From: Anaeramoeba ignava BMAN | Lineage: Eukaryota > Protista > Anaeramoebae | NCBI GenBank assembly: GCA_028826165.1 | Contig: JAPDFW010000092.1 | Location: 310,001-374,000, forward strand | DNA: 64,000 nucleotides | Direction of reading: 5' to 3' | Shown: piece after piece, positions 1 to 12,900 of the stretch | How the letters are laid out: each line of letters begins with the position of its first letter | Position numbering within the stretch: the first letter of the stretch is position 1 | Program-made: the position numbers and the translations under genes | The notes under the pieces: generated by a model | The model's database searches: none | What the model was told of the DNA's origin: nothing | The model's input: only the letters and a program-made list of their open reading frames with translations

Positions 1-4
1 TTAG

Positions 5-3000
5 AGTTCTAACTTGGGATTGGTACAATTACAATTTTGAAACTGATAATCTTGCTGACGAATTCAATATATTCAAACCAAGTAACTCATATCGATGCGG
101 AACATGTGGAAGATCAAGCAGTTGGGGACTTAAATCAGAATTGGTTGATTCAAATGCGATTGAGAAAGAAATTGACAATCCATTTTCTGAAGTAACATTC
201 CAATTTGATTTCAATGCGAATTCGGCAGTTATCACTTCATCAAATACTTTAAAGATTTTCCAAATATCAAATGAAAATTGGAACGCAATAGCCGGAATTT
301 GGATGGTTCAAGGATCAACTGGTGGATATGAACTACGATTTGAATATAGCGTGCCAACAGGATATGAATTGCCTAATGGTTGGCACAGCTTGTCTTTTGT
401 TATCAAGCATAATGTTTCTGAGACTCTTTATGTTGACGGTTCAAAGGTTCTTGAAAGATCAGCTACTCATGCTGGTCAGAAAATTTATGCTATGCTTTTC
501 GGAGTGATCCAACTTTGGAATTCAGGCGCAAGTGGATCGTTTTATTATGATAACATCATCGTGAAATTTCCCGATTACTACCAAGTATATGTTGATTGCG
601 ATTCGGGATCTGATTCCAATGATGGGAGATCTGAAAGTTCACCTTTTAGAACAATTTCTTATGCTTCTCAATTGGTGTCACCAGGTGGTTCAGTCACTGT
701 TCTTCCCAGTACATGTCGCGAGTCTTTTTGGCCTTTATATTCGGGAAGCAGCGCATCTAATCCGACAGTATATCAAGCCAGAGACGGATCAGAAACAGTG
801 CACATTCGAGGCTCAGAAACTATTCCACTTGCTCAATGGCATCAAGCAACAGCTGGAGATTTACCAGATGTTAATCCAGCGATTGTTTCGCATATTTACT
901 ATGCAGATTTGTCTTCATGGACACTCACTGATAATCCACTTTTTGTGATGGATGATCGACAAGATTATGAACATATGAGACTACCAATGGCAAGATATCC
1001 AAATTGGAAAATCAATGTTCCTTGGAAATATGCCGAGCCTTGGGCAACTGCAAATGGAGCGTATCAAGTGGAAAATTGTGATACTTCGCAGGATTCTCAT
1101 TGCGATACTCTTTCCTTTACAACATTGATGGACACAAACACTTTTGGCTCCATTTGTGATCTAACTGGAGCAATTATTCGAATGATCGACGGATATCAAG
1201 GTCATTACTACTACAAAAGAAACATAGTTTCTCACAACACAGGAACAAGCACAATTCAAGTTGATGAGGATTGCAGTCATGATGGAAATCCTGGAATTGG
1301 AAGATTCACAAAATATTATGTTGAAGGAAAACAATGTCTACTTGATGAGCCTGGCGAATGGTGGTTTGACAAGAATGGAACACAAAGAATATATGTCTGG
1401 CCTCCTGATAACCAGACAAGCACTCTTCCACATTTGGAAATCTCGCGGTTTACTGATGGAATTATTCTTAGTGACAAATCTTACATTACAATCAAAGATT
1501 TCACAGTTGAGTTCTTCAACGGCAAAGCATTGACACTTGAGAATTGGACTGGAAGAAAAAGCTCAAACCTTGTCTTTGATAATCTTCATGTCGCCTTTGC
1601 TGATGTTGGTATTCAAGTCGAAGCTTCTTATAGTGGAACAATTCCTGATGGTATTATCACTCAAAATATTTATATCACAAATTCAAAGTTTGAATATCTT
1701 GACAGCAGAGGTGCATACACTTTGGAGTGGTGGGATGGTGCTCCAAGCGCAAGTTCTTATCAAAGAAATCAACTCATCAATGTTTTTTTTGATAACAATG
1801 AATTCTATAATCTTTCCTTCAAATGTAATGAACTTTGCTATGATAACGCAGTTGGAATTTCTTTTGGATATGCAAATTATTTGAGATTTACAAACAATCA
1901 TGTTCATGTTGTTGCTCATAATGGTGTTCAAGTTTCAAGCAGTATTCTAAAGGATAACCAAATTTTAACAGGTCATGTTCTTATTGAGGGAAATGTAATT
2001 GAAAAGGCTTGTAGAATGCATTGTGATTGTGCTTCTTTGAAGTTTTGGGGAACTCCTCCAAATAATCATAAGTTCAAAGATATTTTAGTAACCAATAATG
2101 TTTTTGCTAATACAATAGGCTGGTCATATTGTGCATTGAATAGGTATTGGTGGACTATTACAAATGAATCAGAAATTCAAGGACAAGGAGGATTTGGTAA
2201 TTTAAAATTAAATCAAAATTAAAATCAAAATTTAAAAATTAAAATTAAAATCAAAATCAAAAATCAAAATTAAAATTAAAATTAAAATCAAATTAAAAAT
2301 TAAAATCAAAATCAAAATCAAAATCAAAAATTAAAAATCAAAATCAAAATTAAAATTAAAATTCAAATCAAAATTAAAATCAAAATCAAAATTAAAAATT
2401 AATTTAAAAATCAAAATTAAAATTAAAATCAAAATTAAAAATTAAAAATTAAAATTAAAATTAAAATTAAAATCAAAATTAAAATTAAAATCAAAATTAA
2501 AAATTAAAATTAAAATCAAATTAAAAATTAAAATTAAAATTAAAATTAAAATCAAAATCAAAATCAAAATTAAAATCAAAATTAAAATTAAAAATCAAAA
2601 TTAGGCGAATATCTTGATTATGCAACTGGAATCACTTCATTCAGAAACATCTTCTTTAATAATGCATATGCAGGATATTATGTAGGAGCAACTTATCTTG
2701 AATTACCCATTTATTTCTATAATAATTTAATAGTTGGATCTGGATTTGGTATTTCATTAGGAGGAACATCTCTTGGAGATGGTGACACAAAAAATTATCA
2801 TGGACAAAACAATATTTTTGCTAGAATTGAAATTATCCCAATTTCGATTGGACACTTTTCTTCATCTTCTTTGTTTTATGATTTTACATTTGATTGGTTT
2901 GCTCTTGATGATAACCAATGGAATGAAAACGTTTCCTATCATTCTTTACTTAATACTTGGTCAGATTTTGGAACTGTTCGTTTTTTAAATCTTACAGAAA

Positions 3001-3368
3001 TGCAAAATCAAAGTAATTGGGGACATCACTCAAAAGAAGTGGAAATCAATTTTGTTGATTACAACTCAAGTTATTATGATAGATATGCAATGAATAGTAT
3101 TCCTGATTTTCATTTAACACTTGATAATCCTGAACTAATCAACACTGGAAACTCTCAATTCCCTCAATCATTTTTGAATGTTCTTTCAGCTCATGGAAAA
3201 GATCTTGGAATTTATGGATCTTCAATTGATTTTGGTCCTTATGAATATTATGAACCAAGTGTAACTGGTGATGATAATAGTAAAGTTAATTCTGTTGGTA
3301 TTGCTGTTGGTGTTATTCTTGGTGTTTCTTTGGCTTGCTTTCTTTATTTTTGCTGGTGTTTCTTATAA
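5..3368 (+). CDS. Membrane-anchored right-handed parallel beta-helix (pectin-lyase/GH-like) protein with N-terminal lectin-like jelly-roll; 5' end outside window
   Basis: Frame is open from position 3 (RVLTWDWYNY...); TTAG at 1-4 may be an acceptor. Exons ~5-2196 and 2605-3368; the GT-AG intron 2197-2604 restores the frame (GQGGFG/EYLDYATG). Motifs: YVDCDSGSDSNDGRSESSPFRTI (typical start of beta-helix enzymes), YYVEGKQCLLDEPGEWWFD, Asn-ladder repeats, and a C-terminal TM helix VGIAVGVILGVSLACFLYFCW. Confidence 0.75.
2197..2604. repeat. Intronic (AAAATT/AAAATC)n microsatellite
   Basis: Hexamer repeat filling the intron; no G between the donor GT and the acceptor AG. Confidence 0.9.
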
Positions 3369-3539
3369 AAAGAATGGGAATATGAGCAATATGTGTCTTT
3401 CTTGGAAATTTAATACAAAAAAATGTTGCAAATGCTGCTAAAAAGGAAATTAAAAAAAAATTCCAAAAAAAAAATTTTTTTTGTTCCACTTTTTCTTTTA
3501 AAAAAATCAATAAAAAAAAAAAAGAATAAAATTTTGAAT

Positions 3540-5742
3540 TCAAAGAATTTTATCTTCAATCATTTCAATTTCTGATTTATTTGAAGAAGTCTCCATTAAT
3601 CTTTGATCTTCAATATCATTATCAATTGGTTTACGATTATCAAATAATTCCATAAATCCATCTTCATCAATAATTTCATCAATAACTTGTGAATCTAAAA
3701 TCCAAACTTGTTGTGAATTTGATAATTCTAATTTTTCATAATCAATTTCATTTGATTTGTTATTTAATAAATTTTTCTTTAATTCTTCAATAAAAAGATT
3801 AATTTGATCAACATTTGGAAGAAATTGGAATTCAGGTTCTTCAATTTCATCTTCAAATTTGAAAACTAAAGTTTTTGAATTTTGTTTTTCATCTCTTGCA
3901 AAAATAGTTGAAATTTTAGAAATTTCCCAAGAAAATATTGAATGTTCATTTGGATTTCCAACAAGAAAAATTCTATGAGATGAAATTGCAAAAGCAACTT
4001 TGTTCTTTGTTTTGGTTGTTTTTTTAATTTTTTTCAAATAATAACAAATAATAAACACAGCAACAACACTAGCAGCAGCTCCAAAATAGCAAGAATCTAA
4101 AAATTAAATTAAATATTAAATCAAATATTAAATCAAATATTAAATCAAATATTAAATCAAATATTAAATCAAATATTAAATCAATTATTAAATTAAATAT
4201 TAAATCAAATATTAAATTAAATATTAAATCAAATATTAAATCAAATATTAAATCAAATATTAAATTAAATATTAAATTAAATATTAAATTAAATATTAAA
4301 TCAAATATTAAATTAAATATTAAATCAAATATTAAATTAAATATTAAATCAAATATTAAATCAAATATTAATATCAATATATTAAATTAAATAAATTAAA
4401 TCAAAATTAAATTAAATATTAAATTAAATATTAAATTAAATCAAATATTAAATTAAATATTAAATCAAATCAAATCAAATTAAAAATTAAATATTAAATT
4501 AAATTCAAAATCAAAATATTAACAAAAATATTAAATCAAAGAACAAATATTAAAGGATAAATTAAATATTTAAATTAAATATTAAAATCAAAATTATTAA
4601 ATTAAATTTTAAATCTTTTTAAATTAAATATAAAATGAGAAAATATTAAATAAAAAATTTTCTGAAAATCAAATATTAAATCAAATATTAAAATCAAATA
4701 TTAAATCAAATATTAAATCAAATATTAAATTAAATATTAAATCAAATATTAAATTAAATATTAAATCAAATATTAAATTAAATATTAAATCAAATATTAA
4801 ATTAAATATTAAATCAAATATTAAATTAAATATTAAATCAAATCAAATATCAAATATTAAATTAAATATTAAATTAAATATTAAATCAAATATTAAATTA
4901 AAGACAAATCAAATATCAAATCAAATATTAAATTAAATTAAATATTAAATCAATTATTAAATTAAAAATTAATTTAAAATTCTTTTAAATCAAATATTAA
5001 ATCAAAATTAAATCAAATATTAAATTAAATATTAAATCAATTATTAAATTAAAAATTAAAATAAATATTAAATCAAATATTAAATTAAATATTAAATTAA
5101 ATATTAAATCAAATATTAAATCAAATATTAAATCAATTATTAAATTAAATATTAAATCAAATATTAAATTAATTCAAATCAAATTAAATATTAAATTAAA
5201 TATTAAATTAAATATTAAATTAAATATTAAATCAAATATTAAATCAAATCAAATATTAAATTAAATATTAAATTAAATATTAAATCAAATATTAAATCAA
5301 TTATTAAATCAAATAATAAATTAATTCAATTCAATTTCAAAATATTTACAAAAAACAGTTTCCCATCCAAGTTGAATATATCTCCAAGGATAAATTGTTG
5401 GAGCAATTCCAATTAAAGCAATAACAGCAAAATATTTCTTTTTCTTCTTTCTTTTGAAAGAAATCTAAAATGAGAAGGAAATCCAATCCAAAGCAATTTT
5501 TCTGAACTATCAATAGGTCTAGAACGAATTCTTGTTAAAACTGCATTTAAACTACCTTCAGGAAGAGCAAATAATTTTGCTTTAACTGAATCTGCATTTT
5601 CAAATTTCTTAATTCTTTGTCTTCCTTTTGAAAGTTCCATTGTTAATAAATGAAATCGATAAGCAAAAAGTAAATAGCAAACACAATAAAGTATAAATAA
5701 AATTGAACCCAAAGCAATAATTGTAATCCAAAATGCTTCCAT
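3540..5742 (-). CDS. 3-TM membrane protein with C-terminal PH-like domain, paralogue A (one 1-nt frameshift at ~5430)
   Basis: Exons 5742-5350 and 4096-3540, with splice sites matching paralogue B. Exon 1 is 393 nt versus 394 nt in B (A4 instead of A5 at ~5429-5432), probably a homopolymer error. The layout EKLLWIGFP-TM-TM-AFAISSHRIF resembles bacterial membrane-flanked PH (bPH_2/PuhB-like) proteins. Confidence 0.7.
4097..5349. repeat. Intronic 12-mer (AAATATTAAATC/T)n microsatellite
   Basis: Visible tandem repeat; it generates the spurious LIFD ORF. Confidence 0.9.
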
Positions 5743-6000
5743 TAATTTAAACTAAATTTTTTCAATATTGAATTTTTAAATTAAAAAGAAAAAAAATGAA
5801 AATTTGTTTTTTTGGGAATTTTATCTTTTTTTTTTTTGGAAAGGTTTGTTTGAATTTGTCAAAAAAAAAATAATTTGAAAAAGCAAAAAAAATTCTTTTG
5901 ATCTCAATCCAAAAAAAGCAAATGGAAAGAGAAACTAAAAGAAAATCAAAAATCAATAATAAAAAAATCAATATAAAAAAAAAAGAATAAAATTTGAAAT

Positions 6001-7643
6001 TCAAAGAATTTTATCTTCAATCATTTCAATTTCTGATTTATTTGAAGAAGTCTCCATTAATCTTTGATCTTCAATATCATTATCAATTGGTTTACGATTA
6101 TCAAATAATTCCATAAATCCATCTTCATCAATAATTTCATCAATAACTTGTGAATCTAAAATCCAAATTTGTTGTAAATTTGATAATTCTAATTTTTCAT
6201 AATCAATTTCATTTGATTTGTTATTTAATAAATTTTTCTTTAATTCTTCAATAAAAAGATTAATTTGATCAACATTTGGAAGAAATTGGAATTCAGGTTC
6301 TTCAATTTCATCTTCAAATTTGAAAACTAAAGTTTTTGAATTTTGTTTTTCATCTCTTGCAAAAATAGTTGAAATTTTAGAAATTTCCCAAGAAAATATT
6401 GAATGTTCATTTGGATTTCCAATAAGAAAAATTCTATGAGATGAAATTGCAAAAGCAACTTTGTTCTTTGTTTTGGTTGTTTCTTTAATTTTTTTCAAAT
6501 AATAACAAATAATAAACACAACAACAACACTAGGAGTTGAACCAGAATAACAAAGATCTATAAATTAAAATCAAATATTAAATCAAATCAAATATTAAAT
6601 ATTAAATTAAATATTAAATTAAATATTAAATCAAATATTAAATCAAATATTAAATCAAATCAAATATCAAATATTAAATCAAATATTAAATCAAATATTA
6701 AATTAAATATTAAATTAAATATTAAATCAAATATTAAATTAAATATCAAATCAAATATCAAATTAAATATTAAATCAAATATTAAATATTAAATTAAATA
6801 TTGAATTAAATATTAAATCAAATATTAAATTAAATATTAAATTAAATCAAATATTAAATCAAATATTAAATCAAATATCAAATATTAAATTAAATATTAA
6901 ATTAAATATTAAATCAAATATTAAATCAAATATTAAATCAAATATTAAATTAAATATTAAATCAATTATTAAATTAAATATTAAATTAAATATTAAATCA
7001 AATATTAAATCAAATATTAAATCAAATATTAAATCAAATATTAAATCAAATATCAAATATTAAATTAAATCAAATATTAAATCAAATATTAAATATTAAA
7101 TTAATTATTAAATTAAATATTAAATTAAATATTAAATTAAATATTAAATCAAATATTAAATCAATTATTAAATCAATTATTAAATTAAATATTAAATCAA
7201 ATATTAAATCAAATATTAAATTAAATCAAATCAATTTCAAAATATTTACAAAAAACAGTTTCCCATCCAAGTTGAGAAAATCTCCAAGAATAAAAAACAA
7301 AAAAAAGACCAATTAAACCAATAACAGCAAAAATATTCTTTTTTCTTCTTTCTTTTGAAAGAAATCTAAAATGAGAAGGAAATCCAATCCAAAGCAATTT
7401 TTCTGAACTATCAATAGGTCTAGAACGAATTCTTGTTAAAACTGCATTTAAACTACCTTCAGGAAGAGCAAATAGTTTTGCTTTAACTGAATCTGCATTT
7501 TCAAATTTCTTAATTCTTTGTCTTCCTTTTGAAAGTTCCATTGTTAATAAATGAAATCGATAAACAAAAAGTGAATAAGAAATTGTCACAAAAACAAATA
7601 AAATTGCTCCATAAATAATAATGAAAATCCAGAAAGAATTCAT
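6001..7643 (-). CDS. 3-TM membrane protein with C-terminal PH-like domain, paralogue B (316 aa)
   Basis: Exons 7643-7250 and 6557-6001 joined in frame by the GT-AG intron 7249-6558 (WETVF-Y-LCYSG). Soluble regions are near-identical to paralogue A. Confidence 0.8.
6558..7249. repeat. Intronic 12-mer (AAATATTAAATC/T)n microsatellite
   Basis: Same unit as 4097-5349, shorter array. Confidence 0.9.
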
Positions 7644-7741
7644 TAACTAAAAAATAAATCAAAAAAATAAATCAAAAAATAAATCAAAAAAATAAATCAA
7701 AAAATAAAAGTGAATTAATTCTAAATTGAATTTTTTTTTTG

Positions 7742-7870
7742 CTTTTAAACTTGATTTTGTTTTTAATAAATTAAAAATTTTGATCAATAAAAGAAAAAAA
7801 AATTAAAAAATTGATCAACAAAAAATAATTTAAAAAGATCAAATTAATTTTTTTTGAAACGTCATTTAAA
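7742..7870 (-). promoter_or_regulatory. Putative promoter module shared with the ABCC upstream region
   Basis: CTTTTAAACTTGATTTT (7742-7758), GATCAACA(n)TAATTTAAAAA..GATCAAAT (from 7813) and CGTCATT (7860) all recur at 61652-61771. Confidence 0.4.
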
Positions 7871-8004
7871 AAATATTAAACCCTTTCAATAAAAAAAAAT
7901 AAAGTAAACAAATTTTAAAAGTTAATTCAAATCAATTCTAATAATTCAAAATTTATTTTAAAATTTAAAAAAAGGAGAATAATAAAAAAAAAACTGCCAC
8001 ATCA

Positions 8005-9875
8005 TTAAATATTTTTAAATAAAATTTTATTTAAATTTAGAATAAGAAATATTAATTTTAAAAAAAGAAATTAATATAAAATTAAATTTTAAATTAATCT
8101 ACAATTTAATTTATATTTAATCTATATTTAAAAAAAGATTTTAAATTATTAAATATTTTTAAATAAAATTTTATTTAAATTTAAAATAAAAAATATTAAT
8201 TTTAAAAAAAGAAATTAATATAAAATTATATTTTAAATTAATCTACAATTTAATTTATATTTGATCTAAATTTAAAAAGATTTTAAATTATTAAATATTT
8301 TTAAATAAAATTTTATTTAAATTTAGAATAAGAAATATTAATTTTAAAAAAAGAAATTAATATAAAATTATATTTTAAATTAATCTACAATTTAATTTAT
8401 ATTTAATCTAAATTTAAAAAGATTTTAAATTATTAAATATTTTTAAATAAAATTTTATTTAAATTTAAAATAAAAATATTAATTTTAAAAAGGAATTAAT
8501 ATAAAATTATATTTTAAATTAATCTAAAATTTAATTTATATTTAATCTAAATTTAAAAAAAGATTTTAAATAATTAAATATTTTTAAATAAAATTTTATT
8601 TAAATTTAAAATAAAAATATTAATTTTAAAAAGAAATTAATATAAAATTATATTTTAAATTAATCTATAATTTAATTCATATGTTTAATCTAAATTTAAA
8701 AAGATTTTAAATTATTAAATATTTTTAAATAAAATTTTATTTAAATTTAAAATAAGAAATATTAATTTTAAAAAGAAATTAATATAAAATTATATTTTAA
8801 ATTAATCTACAATTTAATTTATATTTAATCTAAATTTAAAAAGATTTTAAATTATTAAATATTTTTAAATAAATTTTATTTAAATTTAAAATAAAAATAT
8901 TAATTTTAAAAAAGGAATTAATATAAAATTATATTTTTAAATTAATCCACAATTTAATTTATATTTCAATCTAAATTTAAAAAGATTTTAAATTATTAAA
9001 TATTTTTAAATAAAATTTTATTTAAATTTAGAATAAAAAATATTAATTTTAAAAAGAAATTAATATAAAATTATATTTTAAATTAATCTATAATTTAATT
9101 TATATTTAATCTAAATTTAAAAAGATTTTAAATTATTAAATATTTTTAAATAAAATTTTATTTAAATTTAGAATAAGAAATATTAATTTTAAAAAAGAAA
9201 TTAATATAAAATTATATTTTAAATTAATCTACAATTTAATTTATATTTAATCTAAATTTAAAAAGATTTTTAAATAATTAAATATTTTTAAATAAAATTT
9301 TATTTAAATTTAAAATAAAAATATTAATTTTAAAAATAATTAATATAAAAATTATATTTTAAATTAATCCACAATTTAATTTATATTTAATCTAAATTTA
9401 AAAAGATTTTAAATTATTAAATATTTTTAAATAAAATTTTATTTAAATTTAGAATAAAAAATATTAATTTTTAAAAATTATATTTTAAATAATAAAATTT
9501 ATTTATATTTAAATTATATTTAAAAGATTTTAAATAATTAAATATTTTTAAATAAAATTTTATTTAAATTTAAATAAAAAATTAATTTTAATTTAATTAA
9601 AAATATTTTTAAATAATCTAAAATTTATTTAAATTTAAAATAAAAATATTTTTTTTAAAATTTTATTTAAATTTAAAATAAAAATATTAATTTTAAAAAG
9701 GAATTAAATTATATTTTAAATTAATCTAAAATTTAATTTATATTTAATCTAAATTTAAAAAAAGATTTTAAATAATTAAATATTTTTAAATAAAATTTTA
9801 TTTAAATTTAGAATAAGAAATATTAATTTTAAAAAAAGAAATTTAATATAAAATTATATTTTAAATTAATCTAAA
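8005..9875. repeat. Minisatellite, ~141-bp unit, about 13 copies
   Basis: AAATATTTTTAAATAAAATTTTATTTAAATTTA recurs at 8007, 8151, 8293, 8435, 8576, 8717, 8857, 8998, 9138 ... 9778. Confidence 0.9.
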
Positions 9876-9978
9876 AAGAAATTAAAAAGATTCTTTCAAA
9901 AAAAAAAGAAAAAAATCGAAAATTATTTTTTTCATTTTTTTCATTTTTTTTAATTTTAATTTTAATAAAAAGAAAAAT

Positions 9979-12900
9979 ATGTCGAAATCATTTAGACATA
10001 GAGGAAAACAAAGACATGAATCAAAATTTGTATTTCGAATTGAATCAGTAACTGGAATTTTAACACGTTCTTCAACATCTTTTATAAAATGGAAAAGAAG
10101 AAAATTAAAAGGTGAATCAGCTAAATCAGAAATTAATACAAATGGAATTGCAACTTGGAAAGATGAATTCGTTATAAATGTTAATTTTTTTGAAAATAAA
10201 AAAACTCATAAATTTGATCCAAAAAAAATTGATATAGAAATTTATATTGTAAGTTAAATTTTTAAAAAGAAAAAAAAAAATAAAGATAAAAAAAAATAAC
10301 GAATTTTTTTTCTTTTCTTTTTTTTTAAAATAGATTGAAAATAAAAAAGGAAAAGATGTTCAAAAAAAAATTGGAAGCTTTGAAATTGATGCAGTTGATT
10401 TTGAAAAGGAATCTGATTTTTTTAGAAAAGAAGTTTCTGTTAAATTAAAAGAAAAAGCTGGATCAAGTCAAGCTAAAGTTGCTATTCTTGGAAAAGTTGA
10501 AAAAGATATAAAAACAGAAACTACAAATTTAACTGAAAATTTAACTGAAAATGTAACTGAAATTTTAACTGAAAATGAAAATGAAAATGAAAATGAAAAT
10601 GAAAATGAAAATGAAAATGAAAATCAAAAACAAAAATCAAATGAAAAATCAAATGAAAAATCAAATGAAAAATCAAATGAAAAATCAAATGAAAATATAA
10701 AACAAATTCAATTAATTCCTCAAGAAGAATCTTCAGATGGTATTTTTGATGATGATTTTGAATTTTCAGAAAATGATTCTCTTGAATTTGATTTCAAAGA
10801 TGATGTAAATGAAATTCAAAATAAACATATTAATGATTTTGAACAATTTTCACAAAAAAAAATAGAAGAAAAAGCAAATGTAAAAAGTTTTAAAAAAATA
10901 TGAAGATCAAAATTTAAATGAATAAAAAAATTGATTTTAAAATTCTTACATATTTATTTTATTTAAAAAATTAAAAAAGGGAAATGAAATCAATGATTTA
11001 AAAAATGATTCAAAAATGATTCAAAAAAAGATTTAAAAGAAGATTTAAAAAAAGATTCAAAAAATGATTCAAAAAATGATTCAAAAAATTATTCAAAAAA
11101 TGATTTAAAAAATGATTCAAAAAAAGATTCAAAAAATGATTCAAAAAATTATTCAAAAAATGATTCAAAAAATGATTCAAAAAATGATTCAAAAAATGAT
11201 TCAAAAAATGATTCAAAAAAAGATTCAAAAAATGATTCAAAAAATGATTTAAAAAAAGATTCAAAAAAAGATTCAAAAAAAGATTTAAAAAATGATTTAA
11301 AAAGTAATAAGAAAATTAATCAATTATCTGAAGAAAGAAAAAATCAAATCATTTCATCAACAAAAAAAAATGAAGATCAAATGAAAATTTTTCAAGAAAA
11401 TCGACAATTATCAAAAATTCAATCATTAAGAGAAATTCAAGCAGAAATAAAAAAAGAAGGAGATGATCTGAATCAACAAAATAATCCAGATTCAACTCGT
11501 ATATCTACTTTACAAAAGGAGATTATGACATTATTAATGAATAGGAAGAAATTAGTTACTTCTTTTAAAAATAAAAAAAAGGAATTCAAAGAAAATGAAA
11601 AAAAATTAAAAGAAGAAATTGAAAAATATAAAAAACAAATCAACGAACAACAAGTTATAATCTCTGAGAACACAAATAAAATGCAAGAATTAATGAACCA
11701 AAAACAACCAAAAAAAGATTCAAAAAATCAAAAGCAAAATCAAAATCAAAAGCAAAATCAAGAATTGCAAAATAGAAATCAAATTTTACAAACAAATATA
11801 AAAGAAAATGAAGTAAAAATCAAGAATTTACAAAACGATATCCAACAGAAAGAAAGTGAAATCAAAGGTTTTCAGACTCAAGTTGACAATTTACAAGCTC
11901 AATTAGATAGTACAAGTAAAAAATTTAAAGAAGAAGAAGAAAAACTGAAAAAAAAAATTCAAAAATTGAAAGAAGAAAACCAAGAAATTGAAGAGAATCA
12001 AAAGAAAATGAGCTTGCTTATTGCTTCGCACGAAAAAGAGAAGCAAAAATTTATGGAAGAAAGAGCGCGTTATTCTAGCAAAAAAAAGAAAAAAAGTGAA
12101 GAAAAACTTGCAAATAAAAACAATTTAAATGAGACGAAAAGTGAAAATGAGAAATTAAAGCAAGTTTCAACAAAGCTTGAAAAGGAGCTTCATTTGCACT
12201 CATTCTTGCATTCAGAAAAATGGCTGATTGAGAGACTTTTTTACTTCCCAGATTATAAATTCTGGAAGGATTATCCAACATCATCATGTTTAATGATGAC
12301 ATTTTTTTTAAGAAATCAAGCTTTTAAAAATCATATGTTTTCAGACGCTTTAAAATTGTTCCTCAATTCTCTTCATTTATTAGTGACTCACTTCAAAATA
12401 AATGATATTCCCAAATTAGCTTGGATTCTTTCAAATGTGATTTTTATTAAGGCGTTAATAATGAAAGAAAATGAAATGGAAAATAAAGAGGATTATGATT
12501 ATAGTCAAGATTTCAAATCAGTTCGTGATTCCGATTCAGAAGATAGTTTTTTCGCTGATGATAATAGCAATTTCCAGTTTAGCAAAGAAATTCAAATCAA
12601 TAAAAATTCACACGAAATTGAATTAAATGAAAATGATTTTTTTGATCAAGATTTTATGCCAATTCCAAAATTTATTAGTCAAATTGACCACATTTTCAAT
12701 ATCAGTTACACTTCATTAGTTTCTTATTACAAATCGCAAATGAATAAAATGATCTCTCAATCTTTTGTTAAGAAATCAACTGAACTCAAAATCACTAAAA
12801 GAGATTTAATTGTTGATCGATATGGCTCATCTCAAAATATTGTTGAATTTTTGGAATCAGTTTCAAAGAATTGCAAAACGAATCATCTTCCAAATGATTT

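Noticed and set aside
141-1600. Raised GC as evidence of recent lateral transfer
   Set aside because: Interiors of long native exons (vWA exon 2, BEACH, ABCC) are also GC-richer than exon edges, so composition alone is uninformative.
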